Shown here: positions 52,920-63,063 of the stretch, in pieces
Numbering within the stretch: the stretch's first letter is position 1
Layout: each line of letters starts with the position of its first letter
Source: an uncultured Actinomycetes bacterium
GTDB lineage: Bacteria > SZUA-79 > Acidulodesulfobacterales > Acidulodesulfobacteraceae
Assembly (NCBI GenBank): GCA_964631685.1
Contig: CAZVZU010000002.1
Location: forward strand, 64,001-128,000
Length of the DNA stretch: 64,000 bases
Direction of reading: 5' to 3'
Program-made: the position numbers and the translations under genes
The notes under the pieces: model-generated
Database searches by the model: none
Seen by the model: only the letters and a program-made list of their open reading frames with translations
Told to the model about the DNA's origin: nothing

Positions 52920-53180
52920 TTAATCCCACTTTTTATTTTTAATAAAAAATATATAAAGGTCTTTCAGATTAATCGCATTAAGCAATTTTACATTGACAAG
53001 AGAACACAATGCGGGTATATCATTTAGCAAGGAATGCTTATCTGAAATTACCATTAAAACATCACCTTGATGTAAAATTTTAAGCCTTTGGACGACCGCC
53101 CAAACAGGAGGTCCTCAGCAAAGCCCTCTAATGTCAAGAGGGGTACCGCTATAATAATTTAAGTCGGTTCTAATCTCCAT
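52920..53180 (-). CDS. TusA/SirA-family sulfur carrier, probable selenoprotein (in-frame TGA at codon 22)
   Basis: AGAGG SD then MEIRTDLNYYSGTPLDIRGLC(U)GPPVWAVVQRLKILHQGDVLMVISDKHSLLNDIPALCSLVNVKLLNAINLKDLYIFFIKNKKWD; TusA-like on both sides of the TGA (53115-53117); SECIS-like hairpin follows. Confidence 0.85.
53085..53114 (-). promoter_or_regulatory. Bacterial SECIS-like hairpin
   Basis: UUUGGGC-[GGUC]-GUCCAAA 7-bp stem; loop starts 17 nt after the UGA. Confidence 0.7.
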
Positions 53181-53214
53181 TTTTACCTCTTAAATTAAAA
53201 TTAACTATTCTGTT

Positions 53215-53652
53215 TTAAGTCGCTACCCTAAGCGTTGCATCTAAAATACCGTTAATAAAGGGGGGCGAATCATCATTTCCAAACTTCTTGGCTATCTCCA
53301 CCGATTCATTAATGATAACGCTTTTAGGCGTTTCAGGATGAAATATAGTCTCATAAACCGACAACCTTAAAAGATTCCTATCTATTCTGGACATCCTTTC
53401 TAGTGACCAATTTTTTGATACGGTCCTGATAATATTATCTATCTTTCCTAAATTGAGCAGTGTACCCTGAGAAATATCAAAGAAAAAATCATAAATTTGA
53501 GATATATCCTTTGTAAAACCGTCTCTTATAAGACTTTCTGATGCAAATTCACTATAAAAACTGTTTATTCTTACATGCAGATCTTTTATATCACCATCTG
53601 TTTCGTATAAAAATTGCAACGCAAGTTCCCTTGCTTTTCTTCGCTTTGTCAT
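53215..53652 (-). CDS. nusB: Transcription antitermination factor NusB
   Basis: RRKARELALQFLY, IDRNLLR, INESVEIAKKFG, FINGILD. Confidence 0.96.
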   Translation of the reverse strand: MTKRRKARELALQFLYETDGDIKDLHVRINSFYSEFASESLIRDGFTKDISQIYDFFFDISQGTLLNLGKIDNIIRTVSKNWSLERMSRIDRNLLRLSVYETIFHPETPKSVIINESVEIAKKFGNDDSPPFINGILDATLRVAT

Positions 53653-53691
53653 AGAATCTCAAATTAAAACTACATTATAAATGCGTTAAGT

Positions 53692-54171
53692 TTAAACTTT
53701 TTTAAGCCTTAAATAAAGGCTTGCCATTTCAACGGCAGACATTGCAGCATCAAATCCCTTATTTCCCATTTTAGTTCCGGCTCGAGATATTGCTTGTTCA
53801 ATGGATTCTGCTGTTATCATTCCGTAACTAATCGGAATGCCAGAAGTAACGGAAAGCTCTGACAACATCTTGGTAACCTGTGAAGACAAGAGGTCAAAAT
53901 GATTGGTATCGCCCCTTATAAGGGTGCCAAGGCATATAATCGCATCCATTCTCTTAGTATCAACTAATTTTTTGGCCGCCATAGGAAGTTCGAACGCTCC
54001 CGGAACCTTAACTACAGTAATATCACTTACATCTGCACCGGTTCTTGTTAAATAATCCAATGCGCCGTCTAAAAGTTTACTATTGATAAATTCGTTAAAA
54101 CGAGATATGACAATACCAAATTTAAATCCTGCGGCTTTAAGCTCCCCTTCTATCAAATTATAGTCACGCAT
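53692..54171 (-). CDS. ribH: 6,7-dimethyl-8-ribityllumazine synthase
   Basis: SRFNEFI, VPGAFELP, IRGDTNHF. Confidence 0.97.
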   Translation of the reverse strand: MRDYNLIEGELKAAGFKFGIVISRFNEFINSKLLDGALDYLTRTGADVSDITVVKVPGAFELPMAAKKLVDTKRMDAIICLGTLIRGDTNHFDLLSSQVTKMLSELSVTSGIPISYGMITAESIEQAISRAGTKMGNKGFDAAMSAVEMASLYLRLKKV

Positions 54172-54218
54172 TCCATACTCCTATGATTTAATTTTATTTA
54201 ATCTAATTTTTCATCTTT

Positions 54219-55424
54219 CTACTTTATCTCTAAAAAATGACCCAACTTTTCTTTCTTTGTTCTTAAATAATGCCTATTGGTATCGTTAGGGCACGTCTCT
54301 ATGGGAATCCTGTCCACCACGCTTAATCCATAACCCTTGAGACCGACTATTTTTTTGGGATTATTGGTCATAAGGCGCATTTTACCCACACCCAAATCCA
54401 CTAATATCTGCGCCCCTACGCCATACTCCCTTAAATCTGCCTTGAATCCCAATTTCTCATTCGCCTCGACCGTGTCATATCCCTCATCCTGCAGATTATA
54501 TGCCTTTAGTTTATTGACAAGACCGATACCCCTACCCTCCTGCATTAAATAGAGAATAACACCCTTGCCCTCTTTGTTTATCATTTCCATTGACGTTTTT
54601 AATTGGTCACCGCAATCGCATCTCTCAGAACCAAATATGTCACCCGTAAGGCATTGTGAGTGAACCCTGACAAGAATAGGCTCGTCTTTATTTATGTCTC
54701 CCTTGACTAACGCTATATGTTCTTTAAAATCTATATCGTTTGAATAAGCTATGACTTTAAATTTCCCGGCAAACTTTGTTGGGATCGAAGACTCTACTAG
54801 TTTCTTAACATGTTTTTCATTCTTAAGCCTATAATTTATTAAATCTTTGACAGTCAATATCTTTATATCATATTTTTTTGAAAACTCTACTAGATCAGGC
54901 ATACGCGCCATAGTTCCATCGTCCTTCATTATCTCACATATAACCCCGTAAGGTTTAGAACCGGCAATACGAGCTATGTCTATTGAGCCCTCGGTTTGAC
55001 CTGTTCTCGTTAAAACTCCCCCATTTTTACCCCTTAGAGGGAAAATATGTCCGGGTTTGACTAAATCGCTTGGCTTTGCATCGTCCTGTATCGCAGTCAA
55101 GATAGTCTTCGCCCTATCGTGAGCTGAAATACCAGTCGTCACACCCTCCCTTGCCTCTATTGACACTGTAAACGCCGTGGTAAACTTAGACTCATTATTG
55201 ATAACCATAGGTGACAAATCCAAGCTATCCGCCTTTTCTTCGGTTAACGTCAAACAGATTAATCCCCTTGCTTGCTTTGTCATAAAGTTTATTATTTCAG
55301 GGGTAACATGCTCCGCTGAGACTACAATATCGCCTTCGTTTTCCCTGTCCTCATCGTCGACAAGTATAATCATCTTGCCTGCCTTTATATCCCGCGCCGC
55401 TTCCTCAACTGTGGCTAAATCCAT
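54219..55424 (-). CDS. ribBA: Bifunctional DHBP synthase / GTP cyclohydrolase II
   Basis: DDEDRENEGD, RVHSQCLTGD, RCDC, QEGRGIG, TNNPKK. Confidence 0.97.
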   Translation of the reverse strand: MDLATVEEAARDIKAGKMIILVDDEDRENEGDIVVSAEHVTPEIINFMTKQARGLICLTLTEEKADSLDLSPMVINNESKFTTAFTVSIEAREGVTTGISAHDRAKTILTAIQDDAKPSDLVKPGHIFPLRGKNGGVLTRTGQTEGSIDIARIAGSKPYGVICEIMKDDGTMARMPDLVEFSKKYDIKILTVKDLINYRLKNEKHVKKLVESSIPTKFAGKFKVIAYSNDIDFKEHIALVKGDINKDEPILVRVHSQCLTGDIFGSERCDCGDQLKTSMEMINKEGKGVILYLMQEGRGIGLVNKLKAYNLQDEGYDTVEANEKLGFKADLREYGVGAQILVDLGVGKMRLMTNNPKKIVGLKGYGLSVVDRIPIETCPNDTNRHYLRTKKEKLGHFLEIK

Positions 55425-55482
55425 AAAATTTTTTCACCTCTTATATGCTACATATTATGTTTAAATTTATTAGAATAATGTG

Positions 55483-56187
55483 TTACAGATAACCGTTGTC
55501 GGCCAAAAATTTATGTGTTATTACATGCTTCACCTTATTACCCGAATCAGATGAGCTTAAAAAACGTCTCGATAGAGATCTTCCGGGCTCATGCTTAAGA
55601 ATATCATCTACCCTTTTTACTATTGTTTTTTCTAAAATATCCGATTCAAGATTAACGTAATCCCCGACCTTCTTAGCGCTCAGATTTGTTTCATTATATG
55701 TTACCGGTATTATACTTACAGAAAAAACACCACCTTTCAATTCGTTAACGGTTAAACTGATACCATCAATGGCTATAGAACCCTTTCTTACCACATATTC
55801 TGCAAAATCATCGTTCACCGTACTGAAAATTTTTATTTCTACAATAATAGAATTGCCGACCGGTTTTTTAGTTATAATTCTACCTATTCCGTCAATATGA
55901 CCAAGCACAAAATGACCCGAAATATCAGAATTTGACTGAAGAGCGGGTTCAATATTAACTTTTTCGCCTATTTTAAAATATTTTAAAGTGGATGCCTTAT
56001 AAGTTTCCGGCGTAAAATCAAAAAATAATTCTTGCCGATTAAACCTTTTGACCGTCAAACACAGTCCGTTTACAGCAATGCTCTGCCCAACATACGCATC
56101 TTTTCCGGTTAAGGGGGCAAGGATTGATAGATCACCATTGCTCATTGATTTAACAACACCTTTTTCTTTTATTATCCCGGTAAACAT
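55483..56187 (-). CDS. ribE: Riboflavin synthase alpha chain
   Basis: MFTGII, NGLCLTV, GHFVLGHIDG, DGISLTV. Confidence 0.96.
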   Translation of the reverse strand: MFTGIIKEKGVVKSMSNGDLSILAPLTGKDAYVGQSIAVNGLCLTVKRFNRQELFFDFTPETYKASTLKYFKIGEKVNIEPALQSNSDISGHFVLGHIDGIGRIITKKPVGNSIIVEIKIFSTVNDDFAEYVVRKGSIAIDGISLTVNELKGGVFSVSIIPVTYNETNLSAKKVGDYVNLESDILEKTIVKRVDDILKHEPGRSLSRRFLSSSDSGNKVKHVITHKFLADNGYL

Positions 56188-56230
56188 ATAACCACCAAAA
56201 ACAATATTTTACTTACATCCATTCTATTCA

Positions 56231-57385
56231 TTATGTATAATTCAAAGAATATGTCAAGAAAACATCATTATCTATTTTTTCCGTATTTAAATCGCAAAAA
56301 TTAAAAATACGCTCATTTTTTAAATCAAAACCCTCAAACAAGCTTACTGCGCTATCTTTGCATCCTAAAATGTAAGGGGTAATATTGAGAATCAACTTAT
56401 CGCAAAGCCCCTCGCTAATCAGTGAATTAAAAAGATTAGGCCCAGCTTCCACAAGCACATTTATTATTTTAAGCTCAGTACATATTTTAAACACTTCTTT
56501 TAAATTTAAAAATTTATTGCAACCGATATTATTATAATGCACATTTTTCACAATTGCACCCTTTTCTTCCATGAGTATTTTTTTTTTATTCTTTGCGTCA
56601 TCGTAATTAGTGGATGTAAATATTAATGGCGTGCCGTAAGTATCAAACAACCTTGACTCTAGAGGTATTGATAGATTTGAATCTAAAATTATTTTAAAAT
56701 ATTTTTTGTTCAAAAATTTATTTTGTACATCCCCGTCTTTTATTCTGACGTCCAACATCGGATCGTCATTTATAACTGTTTTGGACGAAACCATTATTGC
56801 GTCATTGAGTAACCTCAAATAATGCGTGCGTTCTAAGGATTTTTTTGAGGAAATATATGACTTTTTTCCGTTACCTCTATATCCTATTTTGCCATCTATG
56901 GTTATTGCTTCTTTGACTGTTATAAAGGGAAAACCAGTCTTTATATATTTAAAAAATACCTCGTTAAGCTTTTTAGCCTCATCCTCGCAAATCCCATAAG
57001 TTACATCAATACCGTTATTTCGCAAATAATCGAAACCCTTTCCGGATACCATTGGATTTGGATCCTTTATAGCCGCCACAACCCTTTTAACTCCATGTTT
57101 TTTAAGTGCATGAACACAGGGAGGAGTTTTACCGAAATGACTGCAAGGTTCTAAATTTACATAGACGGTAGCATCTTTAGCTTTTATACCTGCTCTTTTT
57201 AATGCCACTATCTCGGCATGAGGCTGACCGGCTTTCTCATGGTAACCATATCCTACCATAGAACCATTTTTGACTACAAGTGCACCAACCATAGGGTTGG
57301 GAGAAGTAAATCCCTCTGCTTTTTTTGCCAGATCAAAGGTTTGACGGATAAAATATTCATCAATGCCTTTATTTTTGTCATTCAT
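56231..57385 (-). CDS. ribD: Riboflavin biosynthesis deaminase/reductase
   Basis: PNPMVG, HAE, LEPCSHFGKTPPC. Confidence 0.96.
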   Translation of the reverse strand: MNDKNKGIDEYFIRQTFDLAKKAEGFTSPNPMVGALVVKNGSMVGYGYHEKAGQPHAEIVALKRAGIKAKDATVYVNLEPCSHFGKTPPCVHALKKHGVKRVVAAIKDPNPMVSGKGFDYLRNNGIDVTYGICEDEAKKLNEVFFKYIKTGFPFITVKEAITIDGKIGYRGNGKKSYISSKKSLERTHYLRLLNDAIMVSSKTVINDDPMLDVRIKDGDVQNKFLNKKYFKIILDSNLSIPLESRLFDTYGTPLIFTSTNYDDAKNKKKILMEEKGAIVKNVHYNNIGCNKFLNLKEVFKICTELKIINVLVEAGPNLFNSLISEGLCDKLILNITPYILGCKDSAVSLFEGFDLKNERIFNFCDLNTEKIDNDVFLTYSLNYT

Positions 57386-57406
57386 AAGAATTTGGAAGGA
57401 AATATT

Positions 57407-57865
57407 TTACGACTGCTTTTTAATAAGTTCGGAAACATGCTCATAAAGCTCGTTAATGTCTTTAAACGAAAGATACACGGAAGCAAAACGAACATAGCTT
57501 ATCGCATCTAGGTTCTTTAATTTGCCGAGGACAAACTTTCCTACATCCTCACTTTTTATCTCCTTTGAATTAGTTTCATCTATCCATGCCTCCGCAGATT
57601 GAACTATCTCTTCGATACTACGGTACGGAACAGGTCTTTTTTCACAAGCATTCATGAGTCCGTTTAATATTTTTTGTCCATCGAAAGACTCCCTTCGCCC
57701 ATCTTTTTTAATTATAAGGGGGGATAAAACAACTATTGTCTCTAATGTAGAAAATTTCTTTCCGCAAACATTACAATGCCTTCTTCGTCTTGTCAGCTTT
57801 GCATCTTTTGAAACTCTTGAATCGACAACTTTATCATCGTCATTGAAACAAAAAGGGCACCTCAT
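57407..57865 (-). CDS. nrdR: Transcriptional repressor NrdR
   Basis: MRCPFC, RRRRHCNVC, ATP cone, YVRFASVY; start revised to ATG at 57865. Confidence 0.96.
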   Translation of the reverse strand: MRCPFCFNDDDKVVDSRVSKDAKLTRRRRHCNVCGKKFSTLETIVVLSPLIIKKDGRRESFDGQKILNGLMNACEKRPVPYRSIEEIVQSAEAWIDETNSKEIKSEDVGKFVLGKLKNLDAISYVRFASVYLSFKDINELYEHVSELIKKQS

Positions 57866-57891
57866 ATATTCAGGATTAATAAAGGTTTTAA

Positions 57892-59130
57892 TCAATAAAG
57901 AGGAAACTTATCACACAAAAGCTTTACCCCTTCTTTTACGTTGTCTTCCACTGATTCATCGCCCGGATTATGTAAAATATCAGATATAAGCGCACCTATT
58001 TTTATCATCTCATCCTCTTTCATTCCCCTTGTGGTTACCGCTGGCGTTCCAATCCTTATTCCGCTGGTCACGAATGGAGATCTTTCATCAAAAGGAACCT
58101 TATTTTTATTGACTGTAATGCCAACATTATCCAAAAGAGACTCTGCCTGTTTACCCGTCATTTCGGATTTCCTAAAATCAATGAGCATAAGATGGTTATC
58201 GGTACCACCCGATATTAATTCAAATCCATTATTTTTAAGGGCACTCGCCAAAGTGACGGCATTGGCAACCACCTGCCTTTGATAATCATTAAAATCATCC
58301 GTCAATGCCTCTCTGAAAGCTACGGCCTTTGCTGCTATTACATGTTCAAGCGGTCCACCCTGAATTCCAGGAAAAATTGCCGAGTTTAGGGCTTTTTCAT
58401 ATTTGGCCTTTGCCATTATAACGCCACCCCGCGGGCCTCTCAGTGTTTTGTGCGTTGTTGTCGTTACAAAATCGGCATACGGAATCGGGCTTGGATGAAT
58501 ACCTGCCGCCACTAAACCGGCTATATGCGCCATATCAACCATAAGATAGCATCCGACTTCATCCGCAATATCCCTAAATTTTTTAAAGTCTATAACCCTC
58601 GGATAAGCACTCGCTCCCGCTATTATCATCTTTGGGCTATTATCCTTTGCAATCTTTCTTAATGCATCATAATCCAAGGTCTCAGTATCTTTATTTACAC
58701 CGTATGAAACAACATTAAAATATTTCCCAGAAAAATTTACAGGGCTTCCATGCGTAAGATGCCCACCATGCGACAAATCCATACCCAAAATCGTATCACC
58801 CGGATTTAAAAAAGCATAAAAAATAGCCATATTCGCCTGCGAACCGGAATGGGGCTGTACATTAACATATTCAGCCTTAAATATCTCCTTGACTCTATCA
58901 ATGGCAATCTGTTCAATGCTGTCTACATACCTACATCCGCCATAATATCTTTTTTTTGGATAACCCTCGGCATATTTATTGGTCAAAACTGAGCCTTGCG
59001 CCTCCATGACGGCTTTTGAAACAAAGTTTTCAGAAGCTATAAGCTCTATAGATTGTCTCTGTCTATCAAGCTCCATACCTATGAAATTAAAAACCTCGTT
59101 ATCTACTTCATTTAGACCTTTGATATCCAA
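57892..59130 (-). CDS. glyA: Serine hydroxymethyltransferase
   Basis: [26 protein letters not shown]. Confidence 0.98.
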   Translation of the reverse strand: MDIKGLNEVDNEVFNFIGMELDRQRQSIELIASENFVSKAVMEAQGSVLTNKYAEGYPKKRYYGGCRYVDSIEQIAIDRVKEIFKAEYVNVQPHSGSQANMAIFYAFLNPGDTILGMDLSHGGHLTHGSPVNFSGKYFNVVSYGVNKDTETLDYDALRKIAKDNSPKMIIAGASAYPRVIDFKKFRDIADEVGCYLMVDMAHIAGLVAAGIHPSPIPYADFVTTTTHKTLRGPRGGVIMAKAKYEKALNSAIFPGIQGGPLEHVIAAKAVAFREALTDDFNDYQRQVVANAVTLASALKNNGFELISGGTDNHLMLIDFRKSEMTGKQAESLLDNVGITVNKNKVPFDERSPFVTSGIRIGTPAVTTRGMKEDEMIKIGALISDILHNPGDESVEDNVKEGVKLLCDKFPLY

Positions 59131-59190
59131 TTTGTTTCACCAATAAGTTAAATTTCATTTTATCGATATTATTCATATTCATTTATACTT

Positions 59191-59643
59191 TTAAACCTTT
59201 AATTTTTCCATATAAGTAATCTTTGCGATTCTATTCCCATGCCTACCGCCCTCAAATTTAAAAGACATAAATTTATCGATATACCTTACAGCCTCCACAG
59301 GCGTAGTGGTTCTACTTCCCAAGGTTATAATATTAGCATCATTGTGTTTTTTGGCAAACTCCGCGGCATATTCGTTGTAAGTCAACGCCGCTCTGATTCC
59401 ATCTATTTTATTTGCGGCTATCTCCATCCCAATACCAGTCCCGCATATAAGGATACCGAAAGAACCTTCATCGTCATCATTCTTTACTTTTTCGGCAACC
59501 TTCAGGGCATAATCGGGATAATCAACGCTTTTTGATGAATTAGTCCCCAAGTCAAGACATTCAATTCCCCTTTCCTTAAAATAGTTTTTTATGAACAATT
59601 TCAACTCCAACCCTGCATGATCAGAACCTAAATATACCATCAT
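59191..59643 (-). CDS. rpiB: Ribose-5-phosphate isomerase B
   Basis: GSDHAG, ICGTGIG, HNDAN, FEGGRH; TAATG coupling to fabF. Confidence 0.96.
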   Translation of the reverse strand: MMVYLGSDHAGLELKLFIKNYFKERGIECLDLGTNSSKSVDYPDYALKVAEKVKNDDDEGSFGILICGTGIGMEIAANKIDGIRAALTYNEYAAEFAKKHNDANIITLGSRTTTPVEAVRYIDKFMSFKFEGGRHGNRIAKITYMEKLKV

Positions 59644-60905
59644 TACACAGTCTCCTGCCATTTTTTAAACACCAATGTGGCATTGGTCCCGCCGAAACCA
59701 AAAGAGTTGGATATCGCATATCTCACGTCCGCCTTCTGCATGACATTTGGAACATAATCCAAATCACACTTCTCATCAGGCTCCACTAAATTTATTGTAG
59801 GAGGTATTATTCCCGTATCAATCGTCAAAACCGTAGCAACAGCCTCTATACCACCAGCGGCCCCAAGGGCATGCCCTAACATTGACTTTATAGAACTAAT
59901 TTTGAGCCCCTTAGCCTTATCCATAAAAAGCCTTTTTATGGCAATGGTTTCATTTAGATCATTGTAATATGTGGATGTTCCATGAGCATTCACATAGTCT
60001 ACATCATCTAATGAGAGTCCTGCGTCCTCTATGGCATTTTTCATGCTGTAATATGCGCCTTCCGCATTGGGATCCGGAGTAGATAGATGATAAGCGTCGG
60101 AAGACATGCCATACCCTATAATTTCAGCAAATATTTTTGCTCCTCTATCTATCGCACTATTCATCTCCTCAAGAATAACAATGCCGGAACCTTCACTAAC
60201 TACAAAACCGTCCCTTCCGTTATCAAAAGGCCTCGATGCCTTTGCCGGTTCATTGTTCCGTACAGATAGTGCTTTCATTGCATTAAAACCCGCTATGCAA
60301 AGTGGAGAAACTGTGGCCTCTGCCCCACCCGCTATCATGGCATCAGCATCTCCTCTTGCTATTATTCTATACGCATCTCCAATAGAATTGGTACCCGTAG
60401 AACAGGCTGAAACTGTGCTGGCATTGGGTCCTCTAGCACCGGTCATTATGGAAACCTGACCCGGAGCAAGATTTATTAAAAGCATAGGTATAAAAAACGG
60501 TGAAACCCTTCTGGGACCACCCTCCATAAGCATTGTATGGTATCTTTCAATAGTCGTAAGCCCGCCGATTCCCGCACCTATCCAAACCCCAACCTTGTGA
60601 GCATTGGAGTCCGTGATTTTGAGCCCAGACATATCAAGAGCCATCTTAGAACAAGCATAAGCATAGTGGATAAATCGATCCATTTTTTTAATTTCTTTTT
60701 TATCTATAAAGTCCCCGGGATTAAAGTCTTTTACCTCACCCGCTATCTTAGTCGCGTAGGCTTCCGTATCAAACTTGGTAATTGGACCTACACCGCTCGC
60801 ACCGTTTATCATATTATTCCACGAGGTTTTCGCATCATTACCCAATGCCGTAATCATAGAAAACCCCGTAATAACAACCCTTCTCTCTCGCCCAACACTT
60901 GTCAT
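59643..60905 (-). CDS. fabF: Beta-ketoacyl-ACP synthase II
   Basis: SACSTG, NAHGTST, GHALGAAG, SNSFGFGG. Confidence 0.97.
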   Translation of the reverse strand: MTSVGRERRVVITGFSMITALGNDAKTSWNNMINGASGVGPITKFDTEAYATKIAGEVKDFNPGDFIDKKEIKKMDRFIHYAYACSKMALDMSGLKITDSNAHKVGVWIGAGIGGLTTIERYHTMLMEGGPRRVSPFFIPMLLINLAPGQVSIMTGARGPNASTVSACSTGTNSIGDAYRIIARGDADAMIAGGAEATVSPLCIAGFNAMKALSVRNNEPAKASRPFDNGRDGFVVSEGSGIVILEEMNSAIDRGAKIFAEIIGYGMSSDAYHLSTPDPNAEGAYYSMKNAIEDAGLSLDDVDYVNAHGTSTYYNDLNETIAIKRLFMDKAKGLKISSIKSMLGHALGAAGGIEAVATVLTIDTGIIPPTINLVEPDEKCDLDYVPNVMQKADVRYAISNSFGFGGTNATLVFKKWQETV

Positions 60906-60960
60906 AGCATAAACCTAATATAATCTATATTATAATTATTGTAACAATAAAGATGACAAA

Positions 60961-61194
60961 TTATTTTATATGTTCATCGATATATGAAACAGCATCCTGA
61001 ACTGTCTTAATCTTTTCCGCATCCTCATCGGATATTTCAATACCAAACTCTTCCTCGAAAGCCATGACCAATTCTACCGTATCTAAGGAATCCGCGCCAA
61101 GGTCGTCCACGAATGAAGCCACGCTCGTAACCTCGTCGGGAGTAACTCCAAACTGCTCAACAATTATTTCTTTAACCTTTTTTTCTACAGACAT
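60961..61194 (-). CDS. acpP: Acyl carrier protein
   Basis: [12 protein letters not shown]. Confidence 0.98.
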   Translation of the reverse strand: MSVEKKVKEIIVEQFGVTPDEVTSVASFVDDLGADSLDTVELVMAFEEEFGIEISDEDAEKIKTVQDAVSYIDEHIK

Positions 61195-61268
61195 CTATTT
61201 TCACCCCCTCTTGTAATCTAAACTCACAAAATTAATGAATAATATTAATACCGACAAATCTCAAACAA

Positions 61269-62033
61269 TTACATAAACATTCCACCATTCACATCTATAA
61301 CCGATCCCGTAACATAATCTGACAAAACAGATGATAGGAAAAGCACCGCATTCGAAACATCAACAGGGTCGCCGATACGTTTAAGCGGGATACCTTTTTT
61401 TATTTCATCTTTTATATCACCGGACAGCCCGTCTGTCATAGCCGATTTTATAAAACCTGGAGAAACGACATTCGCAACTATCCCCCTTGCAGCATACTCT
61501 TTAGCAATAGATTTGGTGAAGGCAATAATTCCCGCCTTCGTTGCCGCATAATTTGACTGGCCTGCGTTACCTATCTCACCGATTACCGATGCAATATTAA
61601 TCACCCTGCCGCTTCTAGCCTTTACCATATATTTCAGCACATTTTTAGTGACGTAAAACAACCCGTTTAAATTTACGTCCATCACATTAAGCCAATCCTC
61701 ATCGCTCATTCTTATAAGCAAAGAATCTTTAACGATGCCTGCATTATTAATGAGTATATCTATCCTAGACTCTTTTACTATAATTCTTTGGATAACATCG
61801 ACCACATCTTTAGAGTTTCTTATATCAAGTGCATAAAAGTCAACTTCATTAGAAATATTTTTGAGTTCATCCCTGATATTTAGAAATTTATCATAAGTCT
61901 TACCTAAAATTATAACCCTTGCCCCAGCCAAAAGCTGAGTTTTAACTATAGACAATCCAATTCCAGCGTATCCGCCTGTAACAACCGATACTTTTCCGCT
62001 TAGATTTATACAATAAGACATGGTAATAATCAA
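61269..62033 (-). CDS. fabG: 3-oxoacyl-ACP reductase
   Basis: TGGYAGIG, NNAG, YAATK, VNGGM; start uncertain. Confidence 0.93.
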   Translation of the reverse strand: MIITMSYCINLSGKVSVVTGGYAGIGLSIVKTQLLAGARVIILGKTYDKFLNIRDELKNISNEVDFYALDIRNSKDVVDVIQRIIVKESRIDILINNAGIVKDSLLIRMSDEDWLNVMDVNLNGLFYVTKNVLKYMVKARSGRVINIASVIGEIGNAGQSNYAATKAGIIAFTKSIAKEYAARGIVANVVSPGFIKSAMTDGLSGDIKDEIKKGIPLKRIGDPVDVSNAVLFLSSVLSDYVTGSVIDVNGGMFM

Positions 62034-62067
62034 CCTAAATATAAAATATTATTTTATCGCCCTTTAG

Positions 62068-63039
62068 CTAATTGCTGACAAGCGAAAACTTTCCTAATTC
62101 TTTCAACATAGGAATAGAATTAACAGACAAAGAATTAACCTTTCTATCTATTCTTTTTATCAAGGAACCCAAAACATTAGATGGTCCAATCTCGACAAAA
62201 ACAGAGATATTGAATAATTTTTTCATGTTAAGAACAGATTCGTTCCACCTTACGGGGGACACTATTTGTTCTAAGAGATATTTAACAACATCATTTTTTT
62301 TAGAATAATTCAGGGACGATGCATTTGAAAATATTTCATAACTAGCATTAGAAAACCAATCTTCTTGGAAATAGTCTTTCAAACTAACCTTGGCATCTTC
62401 CATGAAAGGTGTATGAAATGGGGCGCTTACGGGTAAAACGACAACCCTTTTAGCCCCACGTTCCTTAAAAATTTCACATGCCCTGTCAATAGACGAGGAC
62501 TTTCCGGATATAACGGTCTGAATAGGAGAATTAAAATTTGCGGCAAACACATTGTCGTGCTTATCCTGGCCATTTATTTCTTTGATTAAGGATACTACCG
62601 CATCCTCGTTAATCCCGATTATTGCCGCCATCTTGCCGAAACCAGGAGGGCATGCATTCTGCATTAAGATTCCCCTTTTCCTAGTAATTAAAAGGGCATG
62701 CGGAAAGTCTAACGAGCCTGCAAAAACATTAGCGCTATACTCACCAAGGCTATGCCCTGAAACACAAACGGGATTGATATTGTATTCCTTCTGCATCACT
62801 TTAAGAATAGCAATGCTGACGGTTAAAAGTGCAGGCTGAGTATTCTCTGTTAGGTTAAGCAGTCCTTCATCATCCCCTAGAATTAACTTTTTCATATCTA
62901 TACCTAGGATGTCCGAAGACTCTTCCATAACGAGCCTTGCTTCGCCAAAATTATCGAAGATATCTTTCCCCATACCTATGTGCTGAGATCCCTGCCCCGG
63001 AAAGATAAACGCAACATTTGAATCTATTATTTTTTCCAT
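62068..63039 (-). CDS. fabD: Malonyl-CoA:ACP transacylase
   Basis: FPGQGSQ, GHSLGE, VSAPFH. Confidence 0.96.
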   Translation of the reverse strand: MEKIIDSNVAFIFPGQGSQHIGMGKDIFDNFGEARLVMEESSDILGIDMKKLILGDDEGLLNLTENTQPALLTVSIAILKVMQKEYNINPVCVSGHSLGEYSANVFAGSLDFPHALLITRKRGILMQNACPPGFGKMAAIIGINEDAVVSLIKEINGQDKHDNVFAANFNSPIQTVISGKSSSIDRACEIFKERGAKRVVVLPVSAPFHTPFMEDAKVSLKDYFQEDWFSNASYEIFSNASSLNYSKKNDVVKYLLEQIVSPVRWNESVLNMKKLFNISVFVEIGPSNVLGSLIKRIDRKVNSLSVNSIPMLKELGKFSLVSN

Positions 63040-63063
63040 TTAAACCTTTCTATTTTTACTATG

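Noticed and set aside
52993..53023. Plus-strand TTGACA...TATATC/TATCAT promoter-like sequence suggesting an ncRNA in the nusB-rph gap
   Set aside because: Poor -10 or spacing; the gap is fully explained by the minus-strand TusA-like CDS.
53115..53117. Genome-wide reassignment of TGA to Trp or Gly as the explanation of the in-frame TGA
   Set aside because: TGA is a normal stop here (rpoB, glyA, and rplD with an ATGA overlap), Trp uses TGG with tRNA-Trp(CCA), and the other conserved genes have no internal TGA.
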